From NCBI GenBank assembly GCA_026415655.1, contig JAOAGR010000002.1:64094-128093 (forward strand): a stretch of DNA of 64,000 bases, read 5' to 3'. Under the pieces are notes generated by a model, which saw only the letters and a list, made by a program, of their open reading frames with translations, was not told where the DNA came from and did no database searches. Both the position numbers and the translations under genes were made by a program. Below, one piece after another: positions 27,514-37,825 of the stretch (positions are counted from its first letter, which is position 1; each line of letters starts with the position of its first letter). Source of the DNA: Candidatus Dojkabacteria bacterium (GTDB lineage Bacteria; Patescibacteriota; Dojkabacteria; JAOAGR01).

Positions 27514-28242
27514 TTATATCCATCCTAATATTATACGGTTTACTACATCTTGTAAACTGCGCATAATAGGAATTACTTTTCTAAAGTGCATTCTTTTAGG
27601 TCCTAGTACAGCGGCAACAATTCTTTCCTTTGCCATTAGTGTGAGTTCGGTGTAGACTATAGAACACTCATAAAGCATTTTTTCATTGGATTCTTCGCCG
27701 ATAATTACTTTGACCCTTGAATCGGTATAATTACGGTTAAACACATTAGAAAGCATATTGTAATCATCAAAACTTATTAATATATTTTTGAAAACATCAC
27801 GATCACTAAATTCTTGGTAGTCAATAAGATTATAAAGTCCAGCATAATGTATACCTTCTTCGGATAGTACGATTGATGCGTATTTTGTAATGTCTGCAAG
27901 TACCGCACATAATGCTCTCATCAATTTTTTATTGTTTATCTTATGTTTTTGAAGCTCTCGGGCAATTAAAATCTCCGTCATATAATCAATTGGTTCTTCC
28001 AGCATCAGATCAGAAATATATTTTCTATATCCAAGAACTGTTGGTATGCGCCCAGATGAAGAGTGGGACTTAGAAATATATCCTTCATCAGCTAGTTTTA
28101 CCATTTCATAGCGTATTGTGGCTGGTGATACATCAAGATTGTATTTGTACGAGATAAGATTAGATCCAACCGGTGTGGCGGTTTCTATAAATTCGGTTAC
28201 TATTGCATAAAGAATGGCTTTTTGTCTCTCAGTAAGATCCAT
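27514..28242 (-). CDS. hrcA: Heat-inducible transcription repressor HrcA
   Basis: 'LTERQKAILYAIVTEFIETATPVGSNLISYKYNLDVSPATIRYEMVKLADEGYISKSHSSSGRIPT' is the canonical HrcA winged-helix N-terminus. 242 aa (short form). Confidence 0.8.
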   Translation of the reverse strand: MDLTERQKAILYAIVTEFIETATPVGSNLISYKYNLDVSPATIRYEMVKLADEGYISKSHSSSGRIPTVLGYRKYISDLMLEEPIDYMTEILIARELQKHKINNKKLMRALCAVLADITKYASIVLSEEGIHYAGLYNLIDYQEFSDRDVFKNILISFDDYNMLSNVFNRNYTDSRVKVIIGEESNEKMLYECSIVYTELTLMAKERIVAAVLGPKRMHFRKVIPIMRSLQDVVNRIILGWI

Positions 28243-28251
28243 AATTTTATT

Positions 28252-28278
28252 TTAGCAGAGTAAAAAAGTAGATGCTAG
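28252..28278 (-). promoter_or_regulatory. CIRCE-like inverted repeat 10-36 bp upstream of the hrcA start (candidate HrcA operator)
   Basis: TTAGCAGAG-N9-AGATGCTAG compared with the CIRCE consensus TTAGCACTC-N9-GAGTGCTAA. It shares the TTAGCA...TGCTA core and the 9-nt spacer. Confidence 0.35.
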
Positions 28279-28303
28279 TTATTATCACTATCTGTGTATT
28301 TGA

Positions 28304-30868
28304 TTATTCTTGTAGTAAATTTTTGATTCTATGCAATACCTCCCAAGCTTGGATTGGTGATAATTTTTCAATTTCTAGATTTGTTATAATTTCTTTAAGT
28401 TCTTCATGTTTTTTGTCTTTTTCTTCCGAAAAATCATTATCTATTGTATCTATTAGTGATAGCGGGGTTGGTGCTAATAAATTTTCTTGCTTTTCTAATT
28501 TCTTTAAGATTTTTTCTGCCTTTTTTATTACATCCTCAGGTATTCCAGCTATTTTGGCTACATGTATTCCATAGCTTTTATCCGCCTTACCGGTAGCAAC
28601 CTCATGCATAAAAATTACTTCATTATTTCGCTCTATTACTTTTACATAAAGGTTTTTGACACTTGTATATTTGTTCGCTAGTTCTGTTAGTTCATGATAG
28701 TGTGTCGCAAATAAAACTATTCCTTTTTTTTCTATTAATTTCTCAGAAATGCCCCATGCAAGACTCATACCATCAAATGTTGCAGTACCACGTCCAACTT
28801 CGTCCAATATAATCAATGATTTTTTTGATGAGTTTTTAATTACGTTAGCTGTTTCTAGCATTTCTACAAGAAATGTACTTTGTCCCTCGGCGAGATTGTC
28901 TGATGCACCAATTCTCGAAAATATACCGTCTATAATTCCAATTGTTGCTTCTGATGCAGGCACATAAGATCCTATATGAGCAAGAATAACAATGATTGCT
29001 ACCATACGGATATATGTTGATTTACCACCCATATTTGGTCCGGTAATAAGAAAAAATCTATCTTTTTCGTTTGCGTAAAAAGAGTTTTTTACAAATATTT
29101 TATTTTCTCTGCGCAAAGTATACTCAACAACAGGATGCCAGCCGTTGATTATCTCTATTCTGTTTTCTTCTGTAATGAGTGGTAAAGTCCAATCATTTTC
29201 TAATGATAATAATGCTAAAGCAGAATATACGTCTATTAATCCTAGTTCATTACTAATATCTTGTAAGTCACCAATATAATTTTGTAATTCAGCTACTAAA
29301 TTATCAAATATCTTATTTTCTATTTCTTTTATTTTCTCATCGGCGGTCAGAAGCTTGTTTTCATATTCTTTGAGTTCCGGTGTTATGAATCTCTCAGCAT
29401 TCACAAGTGTTTGTTTGCGGACAAAATAGGCAGGTACGTTCTCAGATTTTTGTTTTGGTATCTCTATATAATATCCAAATACCTTGTTATACCTTACCTT
29501 TAAACTAGTAATCTGTGTTTTATTAATAAGTTCTTTTTCATAGTTATATAACCAATTACTGTCATTATTTTTTATTTCATAAAGCTCATCTAATTCGGCA
29601 TCTATGCTTGTTTTTATGCATCTATTATCTCTTATATTTTGAGGAGGTTCATCAATAATTGTATTAGATATTTTAATAATTATTTCTTTGAGATTGCTCA
29701 AAATTTTATTAATTCGTTCAATACCAGATTGATATAAAAACTCATTATTCTGAACTATATATTTAACTACTTTGTAAGCTTCAATACATGATATCTCAAT
29801 AGATTTTACTTCTCTGGGATTTATGTTTCTCATCCCAATCTTTGATGCTAGACGGGATAGATTTGAGGTTTGTTTTAATATATTCTGTATCTGTTTTATT
29901 CCATCGATTCCTAATGTTCTAAAATCTGTGATATCTCTTTGTCTTTTTTTCATTTGTTTAATATCTTGTAACGGCCTTTTAAGCCATTCTGTAAGCATTT
30001 TACTACCGTTGGTTGTGACTGTTCTATCTATTATCGTAAAAAGTGATAATCCTTTTTGCGAAAAAGATTCTAGTATTTCTAAATTTTTAAGACATATACT
30101 ATCAAGATGCATGTATTCTTTGAGTTTTATTTCCTCAATATTAGTGATGTGTATAAGTGCAGAGCGTTGTGTTGTATATAGATATTCAAGTAGTGTAATG
30201 ACAACTTTTTGTGTTTGTGAATCAAGTTTTTTTATTTTTTCCAAGATGCTTGTATTTACAAATTTACTTACATCGTGATTTTTACCTATATGTCCGAAAA
30301 TCCTATCAGAAAAACTGATTATATATTTTTGAATAAAATTTTTAATTTTATCATTTTCTTCGCAGATAAGTATCTCTTGTGGATTAATGCGATATATGGA
30401 TTCTTTGCATTCTTCATAACTTTGACAATAAACAAGAAAAATAGAATTTTGTGTAATATCAGTATACGCTAATAAGCAATCTTTTTCATTAACAACATCT
30501 AGAACTAGGATATAAGAATTAGTTTTTTTATCTTCTAATAAAATATCTGTTCCGGGGGTAACTATCCTTGTAACTTCACGCTTTACTACACCTTTAGCCT
30601 GTGCTGGATTTTCCATCTGTTCCACAACAACCACTCTTTTATTTGCTTTTGTCAATTTTGGTAGATAATTGTCCAAAGTGTGATAGGGGATACCAGCCAT
30701 TGGGATAGATTTTTCTTTATCCCTTGCTGTTAGTGTGATATTCAAGATCTTTGATACTTCATGGGCATCTTCATAGAAAGTCTCATAAAAATCACCCATT
30801 CTAAAAAGGATAATACAATCAGGATATTCATTCTTTATTGATAGATATTGTTGCATCGCTGGAGTCAT
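28304..30868 (-). CDS. mutS: DNA mismatch repair protein MutS
   Basis: 854 aa. 'MTPAMQQYLSIKNEYPDCIILFRMGDFYETFYEDA' (mismatch-binding domain) and 'ITGPNMGGKSTYIRMVAII' (Walker A). Confidence 0.9.
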   Translation of the reverse strand: MTPAMQQYLSIKNEYPDCIILFRMGDFYETFYEDAHEVSKILNITLTARDKEKSIPMAGIPYHTLDNYLPKLTKANKRVVVVEQMENPAQAKGVVKREVTRIVTPGTDILLEDKKTNSYILVLDVVNEKDCLLAYTDITQNSIFLVYCQSYEECKESIYRINPQEILICEENDKIKNFIQKYIISFSDRIFGHIGKNHDVSKFVNTSILEKIKKLDSQTQKVVITLLEYLYTTQRSALIHITNIEEIKLKEYMHLDSICLKNLEILESFSQKGLSLFTIIDRTVTTNGSKMLTEWLKRPLQDIKQMKKRQRDITDFRTLGIDGIKQIQNILKQTSNLSRLASKIGMRNINPREVKSIEISCIEAYKVVKYIVQNNEFLYQSGIERINKILSNLKEIIIKISNTIIDEPPQNIRDNRCIKTSIDAELDELYEIKNNDSNWLYNYEKELINKTQITSLKVRYNKVFGYYIEIPKQKSENVPAYFVRKQTLVNAERFITPELKEYENKLLTADEKIKEIENKIFDNLVAELQNYIGDLQDISNELGLIDVYSALALLSLENDWTLPLITEENRIEIINGWHPVVEYTLRRENKIFVKNSFYANEKDRFFLITGPNMGGKSTYIRMVAIIVILAHIGSYVPASEATIGIIDGIFSRIGASDNLAEGQSTFLVEMLETANVIKNSSKKSLIILDEVGRGTATFDGMSLAWGISEKLIEKKGIVLFATHYHELTELANKYTSVKNLYVKVIERNNEVIFMHEVATGKADKSYGIHVAKIAGIPEDVIKKAEKILKKLEKQENLLAPTPLSLIDTIDNDFSEEKDKKHEELKEIITNLEIEKLSPIQAWEVLHRIKNLLQE

Positions 30869-30918
30869 ATGGTTAGATTATAAATTATGCTAGTTAAATA
30901 GTTTTATAAATTGATATA

Positions 30919-32682
30919 ATGCTTTTTATGAAAAAAGTGATAATCGGTGCTGCGTGGCCGTATGTAAACGGGGATCTTCATCCTGGGCATATTGCAGGAT
31001 ACAACTTGCCTGCCGATATTTTTACAAGATATCAAAGACTTATCGGCAACGAAGTAATGCTTGTTTCCGGTGCGGATTGTTATGGTACTCCCATTACTTT
31101 ACAAGCAGACAAAGAAGGAACCACTCCAGAGCAAATCGTACAAAAATACGCACCTAGGACGAAAGAGCTTTTATGTGATATTTACAAAACATCTTATGAT
31201 ATTTTTACTCAAACTCATACAAAAATACATAATTTAATAGTACAAATATTTTTCTTAAATTTATTGAAAAATGGATACATAACTCGCAAATTTACAAGAC
31301 AATATTATTCTGAAAGGGATAACCGTTTTTATCCTGATAGATACGTAGAAGGCGAATGTATGTATTGTCATGCTAAGGATCAAAGAGCAGATCAGTGCGA
31401 GTCCTGTGGCCGTACCCTCATTCCCGGTGAGCTTGTAAATCCAAAGGCTAAACTTACAGGCTCAGAGGTTGCATTAAAAGAAACTGAGCATTATTTTTTT
31501 AGTTTATCTTCGTTTAAAGAAAGATTAAAAAATTATTTATATTCAAAAAAAGATATATGGCGTGAGTGGGTATGGAAAGAGACAGAGAAATGGATAAATG
31601 AACTTGAAGACAGATCCCTCACGCGTGATTTGGATTGGGGAGTAGAAATACCTGTTGAATATATGGATGAAAAAGATATTGTCGATCATGTCGAGAATAA
31701 ACGACTTTATGTGTGGTTTGATGCTGTCATAGGATATTTTAGTGCATCTTTTGTTTTGAAATTTGGTGATAAATTTGATTCTATCAATGACCTGATGCCT
31801 GTATTTAACGAGTTTGTATCAAAATATTGGGATAGTGATGATATTGATCTTGTTCATTATCTTTTTGTGGGTCAAGATAATCTCTTTTTTCACACAATTT
31901 GGTGGCCTGCTCTTTTAATGGGGCAAGAGATAAATTTGAAGTTACCAGACAATGTGGTTGTAAATTACTTTCTAAATTTAGAAGGACAAAAATTCTCTAA
32001 AAGTAGGGGAATATATATAAATGCTCGTGAATTGGTGAATACTTATGGGTTGGATGCTGTAAGGTATTATCTTATTCGTATCAATCCAGAAAATTCATCT
32101 ACTCACTGGTACTGGGATGATTTCAAGGACCGTATAAACAACGAATTGGTCGCCACACTTGGTAACTTTGTACATCGAACATTAGTTTTTTATGCTAAAT
32201 ACTTAGGTAACTCAATTTCATTAGAAAATGTGCAAGTAGATTATGAAGTGAAAAGCATTATAAATTCACTTTTTGTCGATTTTTACGGCAATGACGGCTT
32301 TGATGGATTGATTGGCAAAGCAAGGTTTAAAGATGCTTTAGATAAGCTTATGGATCTTGCTAGATTTGGAAACTTGTTTTTTGATAGATGTGCTCCCTGG
32401 AAAAGTGTAAAAGAAGATACAAAAAGCTGTGCCAATGCTATATATAATTGTTTGCATTTAATTTTGGCTATATCTTTATTGATCTCCATATTTTTACCAG
32501 ATGCTGGTTCGAAATTGGCGAAAATATTCTATGTCGATTTCTTATACGAAAGATATAGTAATAGACTTTTTCAAATGTATGATGACGATTATCTTGACAC
32601 TTTAATTAGAGAAAATTTATTGACTATTCCATCTGATTTGGCGCCGCTATTCAACAAGATAGATAAAATAATAAAAGTATGA
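30919..32682 (+). CDS. metG: Methionine--tRNA ligase
   Basis: 'PYVNGDLHPGHIAGY' (HIGH-type), Zn knuckle 'CMYCHAKDQRADQCESCG', 'KFSKSRG' (KMSKS). 587 aa. Confidence 0.9.
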   Translation: MLFMKKVIIGAAWPYVNGDLHPGHIAGYNLPADIFTRYQRLIGNEVMLVSGADCYGTPITLQADKEGTTPEQIVQKYAPRTKELLCDIYKTSYDIFTQTHTKIHNLIVQIFFLNLLKNGYITRKFTRQYYSERDNRFYPDRYVEGECMYCHAKDQRADQCESCGRTLIPGELVNPKAKLTGSEVALKETEHYFFSLSSFKERLKNYLYSKKDIWREWVWKETEKWINELEDRSLTRDLDWGVEIPVEYMDEKDIVDHVENKRLYVWFDAVIGYFSASFVLKFGDKFDSINDLMPVFNEFVSKYWDSDDIDLVHYLFVGQDNLFFHTIWWPALLMGQEINLKLPDNVVVNYFLNLEGQKFSKSRGIYINARELVNTYGLDAVRYYLIRINPENSSTHWYWDDFKDRINNELVATLGNFVHRTLVFYAKYLGNSISLENVQVDYEVKSIINSLFVDFYGNDGFDGLIGKARFKDALDKLMDLARFGNLFFDRCAPWKSVKEDTKSCANAIYNCLHLILAISLLISIFLPDAGSKLAKIFYVDFLYERYSNRLFQMYDDDYLDTLIRENLLTIPSDLAPLFNKIDKIIKV

Positions 32683-33617
32683 ATCTAATAGATATTTTTT
32701 TACCTCTGGCTTCTATATTTTTTGTATTTATTTTGGGGATTGGTATTATTTCAGTTGTTAATAAAATCACTTCTCTTGTGAATATATCTTCTTTTTTGTT
32801 TTCTTATTTTGTTTTGGGCTGTTTAACTACTATGGCCGAGATTTCAGTTGGTATTCATTCGATAATTGATGATAAAGATAGTGTATTTGTGGGCAATTTA
32901 GCAGGTGGTATTATTTTCTTAATAACTTTTTTAATTCCTTTGATAGGGATATTTTCCGGAGAGATCAAAATCTATAAAAGTGTAAAAAAAGATAATTTGG
33001 TGTACCTTTTAGGTTATCTATTGTTGCCATTCTTACTCATTTTGGATAATGAGGTAAACATATTAGATGCAATATTTCTAATAATAAGTTATATAGTGAT
33101 GTCTTTGAAATTATCGCGTGAAGACATAGACTCAGAAAAGATTAATTATATTTTTAGTTCTAATTTAATAAAAAAACTTATCTTGTGGACAATTGTCTTG
33201 TTTATTTTAATACTAGGTCTTATGTATGTCAGCAATTATGTTGTAGATCTAATTGTTAAATGGGCGAATGGAATTGGTAAGTCGTATTTTGATTTTAGCT
33301 TTTTATTGCTGCCTGTTATCACAAATATGCCAGAGATGGTCATTGCTATAGTCTCCCTTTTAAAAAAACAAAAGTCAGTTGCAATAGGTAATTATTTGGG
33401 ATCTTCTACATTTAACGCTTTTTTGATTGGAATACTATCTATGTTTGCGGGTCAGGTCTTTTTAAATACAAATCCTTTTTTAATTTTCATATTTTTCCTC
33501 TTCATGCTGATCTTAATCTATTTTTTTATGGATTCTGAAAATAAGTTAACAAGAAAAGAGAGTTTTATATTACTTATTTTTTCATTAATATTTATCTGTA
33601 TTGAGATATTCATCTGA
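32679..33617 (+). CDS. CaCA-family cation/Ca2+ antiporter-like membrane protein (YrbG-like)
   Basis: Two internal repeats: 'GCLTTMAEISVGI' and 'PVITNMPEMVIAIVSLLKKQKSVAIGNYLGSSTFNAFLIG', compared with the GTSLPEL...AIGNVIGSNIFNILLVLG alpha-repeats. Confidence 0.5.
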   Translation: MNLIDIFLPLASIFFVFILGIGIISVVNKITSLVNISSFLFSYFVLGCLTTMAEISVGIHSIIDDKDSVFVGNLAGGIIFLITFLIPLIGIFSGEIKIYKSVKKDNLVYLLGYLLLPFLLILDNEVNILDAIFLIISYIVMSLKLSREDIDSEKINYIFSSNLIKKLILWTIVLFILILGLMYVSNYVVDLIVKWANGIGKSYFDFSFLLLPVITNMPEMVIAIVSLLKKQKSVAIGNYLGSSTFNAFLIGILSMFAGQVFLNTNPFLIFIFFLFMLILIYFFMDSENKLTRKESFILLIFSLIFICIEIFI

Positions 33618-33624
33618 CGCATAA

Positions 33625-34041
33625 ATGATAAACAGAAATCTCTTAAAAACAATAACCAAGAAGATATATATATATTATGCATTAGGTATTGTTATCATCA
33701 TGATTTTCGTCTTTGTAATTTGGTTTTTTATTAGTGGTGGAAATATTAATTTTTTGGGATCAAATAATGTCAAAGAATTAAAAGAGATTATTGTATATAT
33801 AGATAAAAGACGTATGAAGGTAAATCATGATGTGTTTAGGGCGAAGGTTTTATACAATCTTATATTTATTAAATCAGAAGATGTTAATGACTGTGATAAC
33901 ATAGAAATACCGGAGATATTTTTTAGCCTAAGGCTGGTAGACAACCGTACAGAAATACCTTTTGTACATATGAGAGAGGGGGATATAACTATTCGTTGTT
34001 TCGAGAATAATAAGAAAACAACTACTATTAGATTAGTATAG
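33625..34041 (+). CDS. Hypothetical membrane-anchored protein
   Basis: 138 aa with an N-terminal TM segment. No motif. Confidence 0.4.
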   Translation: MINRNLLKTITKKIYIYYALGIVIIMIFVFVIWFFISGGNINFLGSNNVKELKEIIVYIDKRRMKVNHDVFRAKVLYNLIFIKSEDVNDCDNIEIPEIFFSLRLVDNRTEIPFVHMREGDITIRCFENNKKTTTIRLV

Positions 34042-34079
34042 ATTTTGAATAATTCTTCAAATTTTAATAACATGAACTA

Positions 34080-35297
34080 ATGGCAAAGATCGTAGATCTA
34101 AAGGCAAGGCAGATTCTTGGTACTAATGGAAATTATTGTATTGCTTGCGAAGTGATGCTTGATACTGGCGAAAAGAGTTTTATCCAAATGCCGGTCCTTC
34201 ATGACCATAACTTTATATCATGTTATGATGTTCCGAATTCTAAATCAAATATTATTAAAAGTGTATTAAAACAAGTTTTTTATATTAACAATAATATTAA
34301 GAAAATCTTGGTGGATCGCAAAATTGAAGATCTTGAAATTGTTGATGAGATCTTGTCACGTCTTGATAATGATCAGAGATGTTCTAACTTAGGTATAAAT
34401 ACTATTTCTGCAGTGTCCTGGTCATTATTTTTAGCAGCAGCCAAATCAAAGAATGTAGATTTGTTTAAATACATCTCCGAGTTCTGTGGTTTTGATAATA
34501 TTACTTATACTTTTCCATATGTTGTTTTTGATATATTTACGGATCCAGAAAAAAGAGTAATTCCATGGAGCGGAATTGGTATAGTGCCTGTTTTGAAAAC
34601 ACGTTTCAAGGATATGATTGATTTTGTTATCAGACTCTATGAACAGATTATAAAATCGAAAAAATACATATATCATATTAACTATGATGGGGGAATATTG
34701 CCAGATACTGACAATTTAGAAGGATTGTTAGAGGAGATTATTACAGCGGGAGAGAAGATCGGTTTTTACAATAAAAAAGATTTCTTTATAGTATTGGATG
34801 CTGGTTTAAATCGCAATCAAAACAATAAATATTTCATCAAATACAATTCGGATGATATTACAAGACTAGAATTAATTAAATATTATGAAAATTTAATAAA
34901 AAAATACTATTTAGGATCAATTATTAATCCGATTAATACTCATGACAAGGAAGGAATATCTACCATAATAGATGTATTGAGTAAAGATGTTCAGATAATA
35001 TTTGATTATCATTATTTTGACGATAAAGACCAGATATTTAGTTTTGATGATAATGTGACTGTCGGTATTCGTTTGGAAAATTTCTTAACAGCTACTTCCA
35101 TGCTAAATTTTTTATCAAAATTAAAAAATAAAAGTATTCCTTTTATTTTGAGGCATTCTTTGTTTGAGACGATCGATCATTTTTTGGCTGATATAGCTAT
35201 TGGCACAAGATCGATTCAGATAGATTTTGGTGGACTTTTTGGGGGACAAAATGTAGCAAAATACAACAGACTTTTAACTATAGAAGAACTGTCTTGA
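34080..35297 (+). CDS. Second enolase-superfamily paralog, strongly degenerate (probable pseudo-enzyme)
   Basis: 'IVDLKARQILGTNGNYCIACEV' aligns with the enolase N-terminus. 'LRHSLFETIDHFLADIAIG' aligns with SHRSGETEDTFIADLAVG but with key residues replaced. 'NVAKYNRLLTIEEL' resembles AKYNQLLRIEEEL. Confidence 0.55.
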   Translation: MAKIVDLKARQILGTNGNYCIACEVMLDTGEKSFIQMPVLHDHNFISCYDVPNSKSNIIKSVLKQVFYINNNIKKILVDRKIEDLEIVDEILSRLDNDQRCSNLGINTISAVSWSLFLAAAKSKNVDLFKYISEFCGFDNITYTFPYVVFDIFTDPEKRVIPWSGIGIVPVLKTRFKDMIDFVIRLYEQIIKSKKYIYHINYDGGILPDTDNLEGLLEEIITAGEKIGFYNKKDFFIVLDAGLNRNQNNKYFIKYNSDDITRLELIKYYENLIKKYYLGSIINPINTHDKEGISTIIDVLSKDVQIIFDYHYFDDKDQIFSFDDNVTVGIRLENFLTATSMLNFLSKLKNKSIPFILRHSLFETIDHFLADIAIGTRSIQIDFGGLFGGQNVAKYNRLLTIEELS

Positions 35298-35349
35298 AAG
35301 GGATATATTCTGATTTGCATAGAATCTTCTATTTTAGTAAAAAATAAAT

Positions 35350-37662
35350 GTGAGTCTTGCAAAAAAACAAATTGATAGTTTAAAAAAATACTTTCGTGCT
35401 GTAAATTATTTGTCTGCCATTCAAATATATCTTAAAAGTAATTTTTTACTTGAACGCAATCTAACTTTTGATGATATCAAACCAAGACTTTTGGGACATT
35501 GGGGAACATGTCCAGGTATAAATTTTCTTTATACTAATATTAACTTTTTTATAAAAAGAACTTCGCAAAAAACTGTTCTTCTGATAGGACCGGGGCACGG
35601 ACTCCCAGCTATACAAGCAAATGTTTATTTGGATGGTACTTTAGGGCAAAAATATCCGCAAGCGCAACACAATTTAGATGGTATTGAATTTATATCCAAA
35701 CTATTTTCCTGGCCTTATGGATTTCCAAGTCATGCAAGTCCCATGACTCCTGGAGTTTTATTAGAAGGCGGTGAACTTGGTTATGCACTAAGTATGGCTT
35801 TTGGGGTTACAAAATTTAAAAAGGATCTTCTTGTTATACCTTTTATAGGTGATGGAGAAGCGGAAACAGGACCAACAGCCACTTCTTGGTTTTTAAATAG
35901 ATTCTGGAATCCACTCGAGGATGGATTCATCATTCCGATAGTTCATGTAAATGGATATAAAATCTCAGGACCAACTATATATGGTCGCATGTCACTACTT
36001 GAATTAAAAGATCTTTTTTATGGATATGGCTACGATCCGATTTTTGTAGAATACAACGAATTTGAGGATATATTTGTAAAGATGCAGCAGGCACTCAGCA
36101 GATCTTATGAAATATCGCTCTCCATTCGATCTAAATATGCACAAGGATCTATATCTATTCCTAGGATTCCTGTGATCATCTTAAAAACTCCCAAAGGTTG
36201 GACAGGTATTAAATCTTATGAGAATGTTAAAATTGAAGATAATTATCTTTCTCATCAAGTTCCACTTTCAAATGCAAAATCAGATGAAAATCAATTGAGA
36301 GCTTTAGAAGATTGGTTAAGAAGTTATCATTTCGAGGAAGTATTTAATGAAGAATACGGATTTTCGAAGGATATTTTAGATATATTGCCCAGTGATGGAT
36401 TAAAAATTGCCGATGTTGTAGAAAATGAACTTCAACCTATGGATCTGATATCCGTTACCAATCCACAAGACCTGGCCAATTATCCAATTCATGCTCACCA
36501 AAGCTCGATGAAAGGCATTGGAAAGTATTTAAAAGAATTGATCAGATCAAATCCTAAAAGTTTTGCGGTATTTTCACCAGATGAAACTTACTCTAATAAA
36601 ATAAATGAGATTTTTCTCGTAACCAAAAGAGTAAATTTATGGCCGTTAAAATCTTCAGATGAAGATTTTGCTACTTCTGGAAATGTCTTTGAGATGTTGT
36701 CGGAGCACGCATTGTTTGGAATGTTAAAAGGATTTGTTATGTCAGGCAGATCTGGAGTATTTGTATCATATGAGGCTTTTGTGCAGATTATCACTAGCAT
36801 GGTAGATCAATACATTAAGTTCCTTAAACAATCAAGAAAGGTACATTGGAGGGCAAAACTAAATGCTTTAAACATAATTCTCACTTCGTCAGGATGGAGG
36901 CAAGACCATAATGGTTTTACACATCAAAATCCTGGATTTTTAAGTAATATTATTGAAAAACAAGATGTATCTGTACGAATATATTTTCCTGTAGATATAA
37001 ACACATCTGTTATTTTATTGGACAAGGTTTTGTATCAAAAGAATAGAATAAATGTCATATGTGTAGGAAAAACAGAGGAACCGGTATATTTTGATGCCCA
37101 TTCAGCAAGAACAGCGTTAGATGATGGCTACTGTATTTTTGATGATGAAATAAATACATCACCAGATATTGTGATTGTTGGTATTGGTGATTACATGGCA
37201 AAAGAGGCTTGGTACGCAAGTCAGATCTGTCGTTTTGAGTTAATCAAATTTCATATAAGACTTGTCTTTGTAATAGATTTTTACAAATTTCAAAAAATGC
37301 TAGAACTGAGTCCTAATAAGTTTAATTCTATTTTTAGAGCGAAATATTTGACAGTATGGAATTTTCACGGATATCCGCAGAGTCTAATGAAAATTTTATT
37401 TAATTCATCTGTATCATCCAATTCATATGTAAATGGATACATAGAGGTAGGATCAACGACGACACCTTTTGATATGCTCATTAGAAACAAAGTTTCGAGG
37501 TGGAATATATTTCTTCAGGTTTTGGATCGTTTATTAGATCTTGGAAAAATTTCCAAGAAACATTATAAGAAGTTGAAATTTAAATACGAAGAAAAATTTA
37601 GAAAACATAAGATATTTATTCAAAAATATGGATATGATCAAGATTGGATAAATATAGTATAA
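35350..37662 (+). CDS. xfp: Phosphoketolase (xylulose-5-P/fructose-6-P)
   Basis: 770 aa. 'LGHWGTCPGINFLYTN', 'GPGHGLPAIQANVYLDGTL' and 'EGGELGYALSMAFG' are phosphoketolase/ThDP signatures. Confidence 0.9.
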   Translation: MSLAKKQIDSLKKYFRAVNYLSAIQIYLKSNFLLERNLTFDDIKPRLLGHWGTCPGINFLYTNINFFIKRTSQKTVLLIGPGHGLPAIQANVYLDGTLGQKYPQAQHNLDGIEFISKLFSWPYGFPSHASPMTPGVLLEGGELGYALSMAFGVTKFKKDLLVIPFIGDGEAETGPTATSWFLNRFWNPLEDGFIIPIVHVNGYKISGPTIYGRMSLLELKDLFYGYGYDPIFVEYNEFEDIFVKMQQALSRSYEISLSIRSKYAQGSISIPRIPVIILKTPKGWTGIKSYENVKIEDNYLSHQVPLSNAKSDENQLRALEDWLRSYHFEEVFNEEYGFSKDILDILPSDGLKIADVVENELQPMDLISVTNPQDLANYPIHAHQSSMKGIGKYLKELIRSNPKSFAVFSPDETYSNKINEIFLVTKRVNLWPLKSSDEDFATSGNVFEMLSEHALFGMLKGFVMSGRSGVFVSYEAFVQIITSMVDQYIKFLKQSRKVHWRAKLNALNIILTSSGWRQDHNGFTHQNPGFLSNIIEKQDVSVRIYFPVDINTSVILLDKVLYQKNRINVICVGKTEEPVYFDAHSARTALDDGYCIFDDEINTSPDIVIVGIGDYMAKEAWYASQICRFELIKFHIRLVFVIDFYKFQKMLELSPNKFNSIFRAKYLTVWNFHGYPQSLMKILFNSSVSSNSYVNGYIEVGSTTTPFDMLIRNKVSRWNIFLQVLDRLLDLGKISKKHYKKLKFKYEEKFRKHKIFIQKYGYDQDWINIV

Positions 37663-37825
37663 ATTAAGATATGTGTTAGTTCTATTGTATTATCGAAGAT
37701 TATTTGTAAGATGAACAGTTATTAGTGCTTAATATTTTATATTTTAGTAAGCGTTCGAAGTCGGATTGTAAAATATCTAATATTGTCAGACTATTTATTT
37801 ATTTGCTAAACTACATTTTGAGAAT

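Noticed and set aside
37663-37825. CIRCE/CtsR operator upstream of the 881-aa clp paralog
   Set aside because: Only a half-site-like TTAGTGCTT is present, with no inverted partner and no GGTCAAA-type heptad direct repeat.
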